Assembly: GCF_000143415.4 (NCBI RefSeq) | Contig: NW_003314261.1 | Location: 3,774,880-3,838,879 of the forward strand | Reading direction: 5' to 3' | Source: Selaginella moellendorffii | Taxonomy: Eukaryota; Plantae; Lycopodiophyta | DNA: 64,000 nt | Shown: piece after piece, positions 36,660 to 50,519 of the stretch | How positions within the stretch are numbered: the first letter of the stretch is position 1 | How the letters are laid out: every line of letters begins with the position of its first letter | Program-made: the position numbers and the translations under genes | Notes under the pieces: model-generated | Databases searched by the model: none | What the model was told of the DNA's origin: nothing | The model's input: the letters and a program-made list of their open reading frames with translations, nothing else

Positions 36660-37720
36660 GCCACTGGCGGTGTCGAGCATCTTAAGATGAGGATTTTCGT
36701 GTTCTAGAGCAGGGATTAGACCTCTTCTCAAGGAAATCGTAGGAAAACCTCTAGTGTAAGCAATGGTGAGCAGCAATCAAACTCAACGGGCTGTGGCTCG
36801 CCCGTTAACTCGATCCAGCCGTTGGCAGCGGTCGGATCGAGTCAGGTTCTGATGGCAGTGATATTAGAAGCCATGAATAAGTTTGTATTTTTTCTTTGAT
36901 TTCTTCTCTTTTGTTCTTAACTTGTTCTTCCTTAGGTGGCGTTGCCTTTGAGAGAATATCTAGACATTGTTTTGTCACCTGGAGAGCACAACGATCACTT
37001 TTATCTGGCACAGGTTATGATTTACTCTTGTTGTTTGTGTTGCTGATATTGACGATTTCACTGCAGGTTCCTATACACGTGGAAGGCTCAACCGAGAAAC
37101 CTCAGCTCGCTTCTCTGGAATCCGAAATCTCCATGGTATCATATTTTCACACCTGCAAGTTTCTTGAGGACTGTCCAGTTCAGGCTGATAGTCGACATCC
37201 AGAGAGGTGGCCTTGCGAGAAATCAGACAATTTCAATTCATGAAGGGCACTTAAGTTGATGGCTTCAAAGAGTTGGACAAGGTAGTCCTCAGCAGCCTAT
37301 GTTGACAAAGCATGGATTTAAAGGTAGAAACCATGGGTCTTATGTTGATTTAAAACATTGTAATATATTCAAGAAATGATAAGAAGATGTAAATATAGTG
37401 GAATATGCTTTTTCTTTATTTGTTATATGAAATTCTTTCTTGGTTCCAATTGGGTATGCTCAAGTGAAAGCTTTTGGACCATGCTGAGGGACTTATCCAG
37501 TGGCTGGAGATTGACAAAGGGAAAGACTTCTCAAGCTTGAAGTTTCTCTTCAGCCTTCAGTTCTTTGGTGATGAGGCTGCTCCGATCGAGTTGCAGAGCA
37601 GGAAGATGAGTGCAGTAATGGTCTAAACTTTTTTAACATGAACTTCTTTCCAGGACTTCAAATAAACTCTCAGGAGTGTCCAGTTCGTGTAGAAGATACC
37701 CTTGGCAACGATCAAATGGA
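36660..37720 (+). pseudogene. Multi-exon fragment of unidentified gene Z (copy 2; has ~250 bp absent from copy 1)
   Basis: Homologous to 18590-19420, plus extra exon/intron-like sequence ~37210-37455. Confidence 0.3.
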
Positions 37721-37948
37721 ATGTTCCAAAGGATGCATTGGGAAGAGTGAAATTCTCATATATGTAATTACGTTAGCTAGTCTTCTTCCTTTAACTAGTA
37801 GACTTCCCAAACACTAAAAGGAGATTAGCTCAACGGCTGAATGGTGTTTGGAATTGTGATCAACAGTTATGTGTTGATGGGAATCAACCATGGTATATTA
37901 CATAATTTAGAACCCTTATTTCTATTTCTTTGATAGTCAAGTGAAGTC

Positions 37949-38763
37949 ATGAAACAAGAAAGGAAAGTGATCATCAAGGATTTGCACCATTTCAAAGACT
38001 ACCTAAACTGAGATTTGTTACAGCCAGCTTGTGCCTCATTTTAGAGTGTTAAAGAGCTTAAGGCCTACTTGAAGCAATTGCATCCCCTCTGCCCATGCTG
38101 TGGTGAGCAAATAAAGTTTGATTACTTCAACAATCATTATGTGATCCAGCCCTATTACAAGTGCTGTGGCGATAAACATCATAAGTTCACATATAGTGGC
38201 ACCATAAGGCCCACAAAAGATCGCGATGTCAATATGGAATGCCCCAAAAAGAGAATCAAGAAGCAGCAGCAGCAGCAGCACAAGCCAAATAGGCTTAGTG
38301 GTGGCAAGAAAGACATAGTGTTGGTGAGTCAAAGCCCTAGTAGTGACTAGTTGTTGCTAGTCAGCAATGAGCTCTAGAGTTTGATTAAGTCTCTCATAGA
38401 AGATATAGAAGATGGGCACATATCCTAGCACACATGTGGCACAAGGGGGGAGGAAATCCACATGGAAGATGAGGATCTCAAGAAATTTATCAAAGAATTA
38501 AGGTTGATGAGGGGGATCATGATGATTTTTTGTTGGGTTTCCATGGAGTGGAAGAAAGCAACAATCCACAATAGGCCCAGGATCATATACCCAAGCTGGA
38601 CAATTTTGCCATGGAGCTAAAGGAGTAAATTGAACTAGTGGACAAAGAAGGATGCAACTTTGCATTAGAATTGGAGGAGGAAATAAAACAAGAAACCATA
38701 ACAACAAGGGAGCAAGCGATGTTAGTTTGGAGGGATGAGGTGAGGAAAATCAAGTGTAGATAG
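37949..38763 (+). pseudogene. Unknown gene X, copy 3
   Basis: ATG 37949; LHPLCPCCGEQIKFDYFNNHYVIQPYYKCCGDKHH; stops at Gln codons. Confidence 0.6.
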
Positions 38764-39185
38764 AGATACTAATTTTCACCTCAAATCATGGGGGTGCATA
38801 AAATCTAGTGCTAATTAATTGGCAAAAATGTAACTTCCGATTTTTTGTCTACTACACCTTTCTAGTGAAATCGTCCTATAAAGTTTGCTAAACTCTACAA
38901 TTTTATGAAGGTGGAAACATTGGGTATGGAAAGAAAATGCAAATTTAACAAGAAATAGGTGATTCAATTTGGAACGAGGAGCTGTTGATTGAGGAGGCTA
39001 TCCAACCAATGCCTCCAACTCCAACAGCTACCATAAACATAGCTCCAGCCACAAACCCTACAGCCAACACCTCCAATTGCTCTCTCCTCCAACTATCCCT
39101 CAAATTGCAAATACCATTATTAATATAGTAGTATATAGTGATGTATGCATGGACAGGCACCACTTATAAGCTGATTGGGATGCCA

Positions 39186-41354
39186 TCTATATATATAAAG
39201 CGAAGGCCTACCAGCCATTGGATCCCAGACTGGTTTGTATAGTTATGCAATAAATTTTCCTGATATTAGCCTTGGTCAATGGAAGACCACCACAGCTCCA
39301 GTGCTCATTGGCTCTAAGTGAGGCAACACAAACATCTAACACATGTCACTAGTGTGTCCTACCCCATGCCCATTCTTTTTAGCTTGCCCTAGATGCTCTA
39401 CCACAATTGAGCTAACACTTGCTTGCCGGATCAGTGGCAATCATAGTAATTGCACTTCTTCCTATGGAGATTGGTGTTTAGCATCGGGCAGGTGGCTGCT
39501 AATTTGGCCCCCAACCACAACAATTTGGTCTAGAGTTGGAGCCAGAGCCAGCCTTCAATGTGGCTAGAACCATCAAAGAGTTTGCAATCCCTGTTCTTCT
39601 ATGAGAGAGAATAAGCCCAAGATGAGTTCTTGAACTTGCAAACCCCACCCACCTCTCACGGCTCAATTGTATTGGCTGTTAGATTAATGTTCGTACAACT
39701 TCTCTTTTGTTTATAGCTTACGGTGTGTACAGATTATGCTTTCATTGTGTAGTCTTTGAATTTTTTATTTTTTATTTTTTTTCTGGTGTAAGAATGCAAG
39801 TTTTGGCTTTTACTTAGAATCTTTGAAAATTTTAAGATAAATGCTTTGATTTTCTTTTAGATTGATGCATCATTTGCACCTACTTCTTGCCTTAAGTTTA
39901 AATTTGCATTAAATAGGTTATTTCATCTTATTTATCGAACAAAACTTCCTCCCTAGCAAATATGCTTTAGCTTCACAAAGTATTAAGAGGCATATGTCAC
40001 CAATTGCTTCCAACTATTGACACTAGCACATACATTCATACTAACAATAGTCTTGGATGTGCTAATGAAGAAATTAATATAGACTTTAAATATGCTAATA
40101 CAAAAATTATTTCAAATCTTGATGATGCTAATACAAATATAGACCTTGAAAATGCTAATGAAACTAATACAAATACATGCAATCATCACAATTATATTGT
40201 CTATAAATTAGCACATCAAAAGAATTATAATGACCATATAACATATATGTCATCCATATGTGTCTTTTGTGGTGCATTACATTTTGAAAACAAGTCAAGC
40301 TCAATGTGCTACTAGAATGGAAAGGTTTCCCTTCCCCAACTTTCATCTTTACCTACTATATTGCATATGCTTTTTAATGAAAATAAAAACTCCAACTTTA
40401 AAATTAACATAAGAAATTTTAACAATGCTTTGGCTTTTGCATTAATGGATGCTTATGTTGATAATTAAAGTGATTGTTTTAGAATACATGGCCAAATTTA
40501 TCACAATATTACTTTAGTATATCCTATTGCTAATATACCACGATCATATAGACAACTTTACATACTTGTCACATCTGAGGCTACAAATATTAAAAAGCAA
40601 AACCCATTCAACACAAACTGTGATCCTAATTTGTTATTACAATTAGATCACATGCTAAGAAGGAAGCTCACTTAACAATTTATGGTTGATGCTTATGTAA
40701 AGGTTGAATCTAACAACTTTAATTTCTTTTGCACTCATAAAAAATACTTAACAGTGGATTATTACATAAATCTTAAGGACTATATTAGCAATAGGGCTGC
40801 TACTAATAACGCTGAATCTGGAAAAGTTATAATTTTACCTTCTGCAGCCCATGAATAATGCAACAATATTATCAAGATGCTATTGCTATTGTCACACATT
40901 TTTGAAAACCTAACTTATTTATTATATTTACATGCAACCCAAAATAGCCTGAAATTGTGAAAAAATTATAGCTGAATGAATCACTTAAGGATTAACCTGA
41001 TTTTATTTCAAGAGTTTTCAACTTAAAACTTAAAAAATTTCTACATGACATAAGTATCAAAGGAATTTTTGGGAAGTGCATCACATATGTTTATGTTATT
41101 GAATTCTAAAAAAGAGGTTTGCCTCATTGTCATTTCTTAACAATATTATCAAGTAAAGATAAGAGAAGAAACCATGATTTAGTTGACAAATTTGTCATTG
41201 CATAATTGCCACGCCCACTGCTACAACCAAAATTGTATAACATAATTATAAATCATATGATACATGGTTCATGTGGTAATCTAAATCCTAGAAGCCTTTG
41301 CATAGAAAATAATAAATGCTCTAAAAATTATGTAAAAGAATTTAATGTTGAAAT
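39186..41354 (+). mobile_element. Helitron, 5' part with degenerate Rep domain
   Basis: Starts TC (a|tctatatatataaag) at an A^T site (paralog gatgcca^tgttag). Motifs CVFCGALHF...GKV.LP, FRIHGQIYH, QQFMVDAY, LFIIFTCNPK, YVIEF.KRGLPHCH, MIHGSCG. Confidence 0.92.
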
Positions 41355-41430
41355 TGTGAGTGCTTGGAATATGGAAAGGGAATACAAAAATGTGCATGTC
41401 AATTAGCCCAAAAACCCTAGCTTATATACA
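41355..41430 (-). repeat. Distal fragment of a family D LTR, truncating the Helitron
   Basis: Reverse complement of ~31816-31890. Confidence 0.8.
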
Positions 41431-43100
41431 GAATCTGTAGGAATATGGTGGTCTACCCAGAAAATTCAAAAAAAAGAGTTCTTTTTGTCATCTTGGCTGA
41501 TCATCCAGCTCAGTGTGAGTTGCTAAAACTGTCTATAGATACTTTTTGGATTTAGATTTCTAATGTTTGTGGGTTTCTTACTCAAGTGACTTATGGATGC
41601 CTTTAACTGTTTTGTACTAGGTGGGGCAGAAAATGTAAACTCCTATGACTAAGGAAGGAACACATTGGAAATACAATGATATTTTGTGCAACTCAATGGA
41701 GTCTGCAGAAGAAAGAAGCCTTGATGAGATTCATGCATCCATATCAAAGCTTGAATTTACCACGAACTCATCTTGCAAGCAGAAGCTGCAACAGGATAGT
41801 GGAGTACACAGGGAAAGCCGCCTCCATCAGCTATTCAGCATTTATGGGTATGCAATATTCAATTTCTCATTTAGTAAGCTACTTTCTAGTTTGGCTTTCA
41901 ATGTGATTACTAGGATGAACTACAGTTCAGGAAAGGGGTCATTCAAGCACTGTGACATCACAAATGGCTTCTTTGTTGAACCACAGAACAAGTTGTATGA
42001 AAAAGGGCCATTGACCTGACCATCCACTTACACGTTTAGGCTTCTGGAAAGTGCAAGAACACCAACATTATGTTCAATGGTACCACACATACATCTTGGA
42101 TGGACTTCTTGACACAAAACACTTTCAGTTAGCTTACTTGCTTATTTTCAAATGGAGTAGATGGACCAAGGAGACATTGGACCTTATGTGCAACTATTGT
42201 AGCATGGTTGAAATTCTTTGGTTTCAACTATTTGGTGCTCATCAGTCAGTTATTATGCATGCTTTCAGAAGAGGGCATATATGTGATGACATTTATAAGT
42301 ACAGTTCATCTGCTAATACTTGGTGTTATGGATTTGAATTGGACTTCAAAGTCCTCAATGCAACAGAGACAAACAACAGGCAAATATAAATGACGTTCAC
42401 AAAGGCACACCTCAGGTACTAATCTTGTGTTGTTCTTACTTTTCTCGGAGTCTAAAATTTACTCATGTACATAGGTATTTTTTAAAAGGTTTTGAGGAGG
42501 AGGCCATGGCAGAAAGAGATGGGAAACAACGTTTCAAAGTGCTCCTAAATGATAGGTTCATGAGTCCCTAATCTAGACAGCCCAATAACAGCAAGGTGTA
42601 CATGAAGAACAGAATGATTGTGGTTAATTTAGAGGAGCAAGCACTAGATATATGGAGAAGAGTGTTTGACTTGGCAAGCATTGACTGGAAGAAACAAATA
42701 AAAAAAGTGGGAGTTCTGATTGGTATGCAGAAAGGGTGTCCAATAACGGTTCTAAAACTAAGTTTGATGTCAGAACTTGTAGGCAACACTTTCCAACGCA
42801 CACATATTTTCAAAGAACAGTGCTATGTGCACAAGGCTATTTGTATGAATGGTGTTGTTTTCAAGAAAGGCAACACTATTGTCACTTAGGATCCAGACAA
42901 TGAAGGTAATATTTTTCTTTTGGGCATTTCATTGTGTTGTTCTGAATATGTTTGATTTTTGTTCTTGCAAGTGTGTTCCACAGAAATGCAAGATGTATTT
43001 TTAGTTGACTTTTTTTAAGAATAATCATGACCTATTGTGCACGAGGCTACAGGGATGCAAGTTCTTGCTCCTGGACATTTTCCATTCAATTCCATGTGCA
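41431..43100 (+). pseudogene. Intron-containing DNA-transposon transposase remnant (CACTA/EnSpm-like)
   Basis: LFVILADHPAQCELLK and WCYGFE...TNNRQI motifs resemble Tnp2-type DxPA and WMYPFER motifs; short GT-AG introns; no TIR seen. Confidence 0.5.
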
Positions 43101-43489
43101 TTCGACGAGTGAAGGACATCTTGTGTGAGATTTGCATAGTTCCTCATACGTATATGACAATGGCAAGCAGAGGCTTTGATATTGCACTTGAAGTGGTTGC
43201 AAGTAAGTTTCCATATCATCTTCAAACAGGTTTTGGGAAAAACCTTGGGTATTCGAAGGTGATATTGTTGAAATACAGGGAAGGAGTGGCTCATGTGCAG
43301 GTGTTGTGACATCATCCAACACTGATACTAGGAGTGCAAATGTGCTTTGGTTGGATGAGGCTACAGTGAATGGGGGAGTTGTGTTAGTGTCAGTAGCAAA
43401 TTTACAGAACTCAAAGTAGCTTTGGTTGAAAGTTGAGCGGTTCATTCTATGCACTAGAAGTGAAAATGGCTACATCTGAGTTGAATTTG

Positions 43490-46280
43490 ATGACATTGTG
43501 GAGGTATTGGCAAATCTGTAGATGATATTAACTGCTCTTGATCCCTTTGTATGAAGCATTTTAACCGCTGCACATGCACAATCTCTAGAGGATCGGCCTG
43601 TTGGACATCATGCCGAACCTCATAAACTTGTGGTCCAACTTGCCACAACACTCAATACGGTCCTTTCCACTGTGCAAGGAGCCCTTTAAATAAACCACGT
43701 TCTGTAAGATGGGGAAAACGGACTAACACCAAATTATCCACTGTGTACTCCGTAGGTGGACGATGATGGGAGTTGTACTGCCGTTGTTGTCCCACTTGTA
43801 TGCAGCCTAAATGTTCGGCAGACTCCGCTCGGACAAGTGGAAGAATGCTCGTCAAATATTGATCCCACGACCTAGCATCCGTAGCTCATGGCAATCACAA
43901 AGGTAAACCTAGCTCCGTTGGTAATATTGGATCATGACCATATAAAAATTTATATGGTGAAGCACCAATAGAACTCTACACCCCTGTGACATATGCATAC
44001 CGAAGAGACGGCAAATAACCATCCCAATCCGAATGCTGAAAGTTCACATACTTCGCAATCATCCCCTTGAATGTCTGAACAAGCTGTTCCACCAAACTGT
44101 TTGATTGTGGATAATAAACACTCGTGAAAGTGTGGCATATCCCCAGCTGAGATGTCAAAACATGAAATGCCTCAGCCATAAATGCGGGACCATTATCTGA
44201 AAGAATCTGCTCTGGACAAGAATGCTGGAACACCACTCGATTGAAGAGGAAGTATCCAATAGTAGTTGCAAAGGCACTAGCAAGAGCACCAACTTCCACC
44301 CAACAAGTCAAGTAGTCAGAAGCAATAATAACATACTCATTGTCAATAGTCAACCGTGAAAAAGGTCCCATAAGATCAAACGCCACCAACTCAAATGGAT
44401 GGGAAACTGCAATTGACTCCAATTGTCCTTCCGCAGCCCAAGAGGGAGTATTACGAACTTGGCACCAAATGCAGTTACGCATATACCGGATAATATCACG
44501 TCGCATCTACGGCCAATAGAAAGACCTACGCAGCTTCTCAATTACACGACGATGTCCCATATGCCCACCTAGAACTGGAGAATCATGGTAGGCATGGAGA
44601 AACTATGGAATAAAGATAGAAGGCACCACCAGCCGTAAATGATCATTAGGATCCGTCCTCACAAAATAAAGAAGGTTGTCTTCGAGGTGATATTGAGAAT
44701 GTAAATGCTGGAAAGGCAAGTCATGATGCAGGATTCTCAATCCCATCTCGAAGCCTTCGAATCCACGGCTCAATCTTTTGAGCCTCGCGAACCTCATCAA
44801 GAGAAGGTAGATCTTGCTTTGCGCCTTGTGGACATTGAATGTCAAATACAGCAACCGTCGATGGCATAGAATCCTCGTCTAGAAAATCCATAGAGGCTGG
44901 AACAATAGGCTCGTCAGAAACATGAGAAGAGAATGGAGAAGGAAGAGGAGCTCGAGAAAAGGCATCAGCATCAGCCAAAGAATTCCCTAGGCGATGAACA
45001 ACATCAAAATTATATATCTGAAGCTTCAAAGCCATCGAGCAATACAACCAACCAGGTTCTTCCGCTTCAATAATGAAGTAACAGGCTCTTTCACGCATGA
45101 TTATAGCTGTGTGAAATATTTTTCAAGCAAATGCTAGCAAGATTATAGATGAGCTGACGAGGAAAAAGTCCAACTGAACATAACAATAACCAAAGAAAAT
45201 TGGTCCAAGAAGTATAATGGCTATACTAAATTCAAGTAACATCTGAACACCATGTAGATATGCATGAAGTTTCTCGAAACCCCAAACTACTGCTAAACAC
45301 TCTTTCTCTGTCGTGGAGTAGTTCATTTCCACTAGTTGTAATGTATGGCTTATATACGCAATGGGATGGTGTTAACCAGGCACACTCGAGCTTTCTTGCA
45401 TCAACACACCTCCAAGACCAATGTTAGAAGCATCCACGTGCAAAATAAAAGGTTAAGTGTAGTCAGGATATGCCAAAACTGGAGGAGTCATCAATAGATC
45501 TTTGAGATCCTCGAACGCCCGCTCACAATCCGGAGACCAAATGAAAGATGATGTTGATGACTTCAACAACGCTCGCAACGGTGCAGTGCGATCGGAAATT
45601 GATCCACAAAACGATCTAGATACTGCACCTTGCCCAAGAAGCACTACACATCATTCACACTAGAGAACTTTAGAACAGCTACAAGTTTGTCATGATCAAC
45701 TTGTAAACCCTCACGAGAAATACAATACCCAAGATAAGTTGTATCCTTGGACCCAAACACGCACTTTGTCCACTTCAGCTTTAAATTAACGTCGCATAGC
45801 CAATCCAACACTTTACAAACATCACGAACGTGTTCTTCCCACGTCCCCTTCGAGTGGATCAAGACATCATCAATGAAGTCAGTAGTCACCTCTGGCATAT
45901 CACAAAGAACCTCGTCCATCATCCGCTGGAAAGTTGCTGGAGCATTGTTCAAACCAAACAGCATCACCAAGAACTCGTACAAACCAAATGGTGTACAAAA
46001 AGCAGTCTTAGGAATATCTTCTTCGGCCATTGGTACTTGCCAGTACCCAGAAGCAAAATCTAGCTTGGTGAACTAACGACTTCGCCCTAGACGATCCAAG
46101 AGATTAGCAGTGTGAGGAAGAGGATACACATCTGGGATCGTCACTTCGTTTAACGGACGATAGTCGATGCAAAAACGAATACTCCCATTAAGCTTCGTCA
46201 CAAGATGAGATTCACATGCCCAAGGACTCTGCGACTTCCGAATAACACCCTTCTCCAACATCTCCTTGACATTTGCAATT
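43490..46280 (-). mobile_element. Family D pol fragment, second copy (RT, RNase H, integrase)
   Basis: [55 protein letters not shown]; homologous to 20800-31640. Confidence 0.92.
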
Positions 46281-49200
46281 AAAGCATATCCTCCACCACC
46301 TGATTCACACGCTCGGTTTGCCCATCTGTCTGAGGATGATCTCCACTCGAGAGTTTCAAAGTCACTTGCATAGCCTTTGCAAAGCTTTTCCAAAATCCAT
46401 TGGTGAACTTTGAATCTCGATCACTAATGATGTCCTTTGGCAAACCAAAATTAGGAAAAACCTTCTCCAAGTAAACTGCAGCCAAGTCTGAGGCAGTGAC
46501 AGTCTTTCGAAGAGCCAACAACCGCACATACTTCGTCAACCGATCCACTATAACCCATACTTGCTCCTTTTGCCTCTATATTCGTGGCAAACAAGTGATG
46601 AAGTCCATAGAGATACGACACCAACGGCTCTGAGGAATAGTTAAAGGTTGCAAAAGTCCCCTTGGCTTCTTCAGTGGCACCTTAACCCGCTAACAAAGCT
46701 CGCATGATTTACAATACTTGAGGATATCAGCCTTTACATTCCTTTAATAAAAGTTGCGCTTAATCAACTCATATGTCTTCTTCCCCCCAAAATGACCGGC
46801 CTCTGGACAATTATGATAGTGGAATAAAACTTGAGTAATTAACGCATCCATCCGTGACAAATATACACGACCATTGTAGTAGAGAATCCCATCCACCAAT
46901 GAGAAAGGGGCTTCCATCTGGTCTCGCAAAGAGGCCACCTCAGCATCCTGAGCCTGAGCATGCTCAACCAACTACCCAAACTCGCTGACCACCTTACTCA
47001 AATGATGACAAAATTGTGTTTGTAACGTCGTCACATGACGAACATGAGATAAAGCATCTGCCACCACATTTGATCTTCCCGGATAATGCTCAATAGGAAA
47101 CTCCCCAAACTTCATGAGTTTGACTATCCAACGAGCTTGCCCAATGTTCAACTCCTTATATGTGAAAAGATACACAAGTGGTTGGTGATCTGTCAACACC
47201 ACAAACACTGCACCATAAAGATAGTGCCGCCACATCCGCAAAGCATGAATAATAGAGAGTAACTCTTGCTCATATGTGGAATAGCGTTGCTCTGCAAAAT
47301 TCAAAGTTCAACTCTCATATGCAATAGGCTGTCCCTCTTGCATGAGAACTCCTCCCAGTGCATAACCACTCGCATCGCATGTCACCTCGTAAGGTTTCAA
47401 TGGATCAGCAATGCGAAGCACTGGAGTCTCGCTCAACAATCATTTCAGCGCCACAAAACTCTCCTCTTGTGGCTTCTTCCATTCGAATGGCACATTCTTG
47501 TGTAACAACTGCGTCAAAGGAATAGCCACCTCTACAAACTTATGATGAAAACATTGGTAGTAACTAGCCATACCAAGAAAACTATGCAACTCGGCCACTG
47601 TAGTCGGTGTAGGCTAGTTTTCCACCATAGCCACCTTCCTTGGATTCATCTTAACACCCTTAGATGTCACAATATGGCCTAGATATTCCACCTCTGACTT
47701 TGCAAATTCACATTTGCTCTTCTTCACATAAAGTTTGCTGTCTCAGAGTAATAAAAGAACCTTGCGCAAATGCGCCCTATGATCCTCCATATTCTTGCTA
47801 AAAACAAGAATATCGTCCAAGAAAATCTCCACAAACTCATAAAGATAACGCCCAAATACCTTCGTCATCAACCGAGTAAATGTGGTTGGTGCATTTGTCA
47901 AACCAAACAGCATAACTGTAAATTCAAAATGTCTGAAACTTGTGTTGAATGCCGTCTTGGAGATAGATGCATCATCCATTGCAATTTAATGATATTCACT
48001 CCTCAGATCAATTTTGGTAAACACTCATGCTTCACCAAGCTTGTTTAGGATATCATCCACACGTGGCATCAGCATCTTATCCTTCATTGTCTTCTTGTTC
48101 AAAGCGCGGTAGTCAATACACATCCGCATTGAACCATCCTTCTTCTTCACAAGCAAGACCGGAGCACCAAACAGAGACTTATTTGGCTGAATAAATCCAA
48201 CTCAAGTAACTCCTTGACTTGTTGTTGAACTTCTTGCTCCTCCGCATAACTTAACCGAAATGGATGCCAGTAAATTAGCCGTGTCCCCAGCTCCAATGTA
48301 ATCCCATGCTTCACACCTCATAACGGAGGCAACCCATGAGGAAGTTCATGTGGAAAAACATCAGAAAACTTGTCTAGTACATCCCGTATTGTTGCTTCTC
48401 CCCCACACATGCCTTGGTCCCCCAAGTCACGAACAAAACTTGAAAGTGCTTTTCCATTACGACAAGCCCACTTCAAAGATGTAGCAGAGAGCATAACAAC
48501 TAGTGGTTGAATGCCCTCGCCAAACCACACATCTTTAATGCCACCATACTTCAGCAAAATACACTTAATACTCCACTTTATCTTTGGATCCACCTTCACC
48601 AACCATGGCATCCCAAGAATGAGATCCACACGATGGATATCCGCGAGATAAAAAGTCTCCACAAGTGTGGTTTTGCCAACCAACACTTTCAGCCCCTCAA
48701 CACAAGCATCGAAATGCTGAGCAGAGGTAGCTGCACCTTCCACTGTGTATGACCTTCCACTGCGTGTGACCAGGCCATGCTCCACAACAAACTTTGCTGA
48801 AACAAAGTTGTCATCACTCCCATTATCTAGTAAAATCCGCACTGGATTGCCACGGAACACACCCTCCAGCATTAAAGCTGATTCACATGTATCCTCGAGC
48901 TCCATCTTGTTCCACACACAGTTGAGCTGACGAGCAACGACCAAAAGTCTCTTCCTCCGATTGGAATGGTCATTTTCATCATCCTCACACTGCAAAGTTT
49001 GCAACTTTTTAGTATCTGACTTACCGTGAGAAGAAGATTGGCCATTCTTCTTGTCCTGCTGTTTGTTCTTCAACTGCAGACAATCAACCTTGCAGTGTCC
49101 AAGTTCGCTGCAATGATGACAACCCTGTCTATAATTCTTCACAAAGAACTTCTACTTCTTGGACCCCTTTGCATCCACTCAACTTGTGATGCTTGTTCCC

Positions 49201-50266
49201 ATCCTTGTGTCCACAGTGATCATCACGACAATTCTCGATAGAAGGACTCCACAAATGCTTGCGAGACTTGTGCCTGTCATTGTCAAGTCGACAAGCCACA
49301 TCAAAGAGCTCCTCCAAACTCTTTGAAGGCTGAGAATGATGCAAGTGTTGCCACATGCTCTCACTATGTAGGCCATTAATGAAGTAGGACTTGTTTTGAT
49401 CTGGATCCTTAGTTAGAACACGACTAATCAAGTGAGTAAGCTTCTCAATATAGTCCTCAAGCGTCATTTTCCCTTGCTGGAATTGTCAAAGTTCTGTATG
49501 AGCATTCTCCACGTTATAATAAGGGGAAAAACATAAATGGAAAGCAGCCTCAAACTCATCCATGGTAGACATTGGTGGTTTATTATCCGCAACATGAGAC
49601 TCCTCAAGCCAATTCTACCATCGAAGACCCGCATCACGCAAAACTATGGGAATAACCACTAAAGCCTCTACATCCGGAGTTCCCCTTGCAGCCAAGAACT
49701 CTTCACATTGGCTAGCCAAGCGAGACACTCGTCCACACCACCATCATCGGAAAAAGTTGGAATCTTGAGTTGATCTACCAAAGAAGGCTTACTTGGAGCG
49801 CTACCCCGTCCAGCCTCGAGTGCCTCAACACACCCACACATGGTATCTATCATGCCATACATCTCGTCTTGCATCTCTTGCTAATTTTGATTAAGGGCTC
49901 GCAGCTCATGAACCACATCTTGAATGGTCCAAATCTCCACAGCTTCATCGGCACCATTGTCGGCACCACCATCGACAATAGGATTCCAGTGTTCAGCTTG
50001 GTCGGCCATCACAACCAACTCCTCTGATAACAATGTTATGATCCGGCACAAAAAGACAAAGATCTAGTCACCCTAGATTATGCTACGCCACCTCTTGAGG
50101 TTCTTCACCACCCAACCACCCCTAAGCTACCTCAAAAGCTCCACTGTGCTGCCGTTCCACTATGAGCCCTAGGGTAGGTTAAGTTTCTTACCCTAACATA
50201 TCTTAATATACCCTTGAGCCTACCTTTGACCGACATTGACCATGTAGTCAAAGCTGGCACCTAACA
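46281..50266 (-). mobile_element. Family E Ty3/gypsy element, 3'-truncated within integrase
   Basis: Probable 5' LTR 50034-50266 (tgtta...taaca); PBS variant tgttatcagag ~50022-50032; gag, CHHCSELGHCKVDC, LLDNGS protease, FLDDILV RT, RNase H, integrase to HPQTDGQTERVN. Confidence 0.88.
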
Positions 50267-50365
50267 ATTAAGCAATTGCCACCGCCCATGTATATATAGC
50301 TTCATATATACAATATGGGCAATCATTGCCAACAGTCGCTACCTTTTTTATCATGGTATCGGAGC
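50267..50365 (+). mobile_element. LTR 3' end plus PBS of a further element F (copia-style ...ttttatca|tggtatcggagc), apparently the target of element E
   Basis: PBS 50354-50365 immediately after CA; no coding domains follow. Confidence 0.55.
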
Positions 50366-50519
50366 ATAGATCTTGAGGACCTGTGAAGGATGAAGAAGAC
50401 CTCCAGATGCCAACGGCAGAAGCAGAGTAGCCTAGAGTGCAGCAACAAAGCAATGGCAGAGCTGTACCAGCGGCAGATAGTACCAACTTAGAAGCCCTGG
50501 AGCGGTAGAAGATGCTGAT

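Larger units (their letters stand above)
31891..37910 (+). repeat. ~6-kb tandemly duplicated host cassette, copy 2 (uninterrupted); copy 1 = 13757-19503, copy 3 = 37911-39185 (partial)
   Basis: aacccttatttctat begins both 31891 and 37911; same order X - kinase - PPR - Z in copies 1 and 2. Confidence 0.85.

Noticed and set aside
46278-46282. attaa matching 50267-50271 as a TSD of element E
   Set aside because: The left side has no LTR or PPT and lies mid-integrase; probably coincidental
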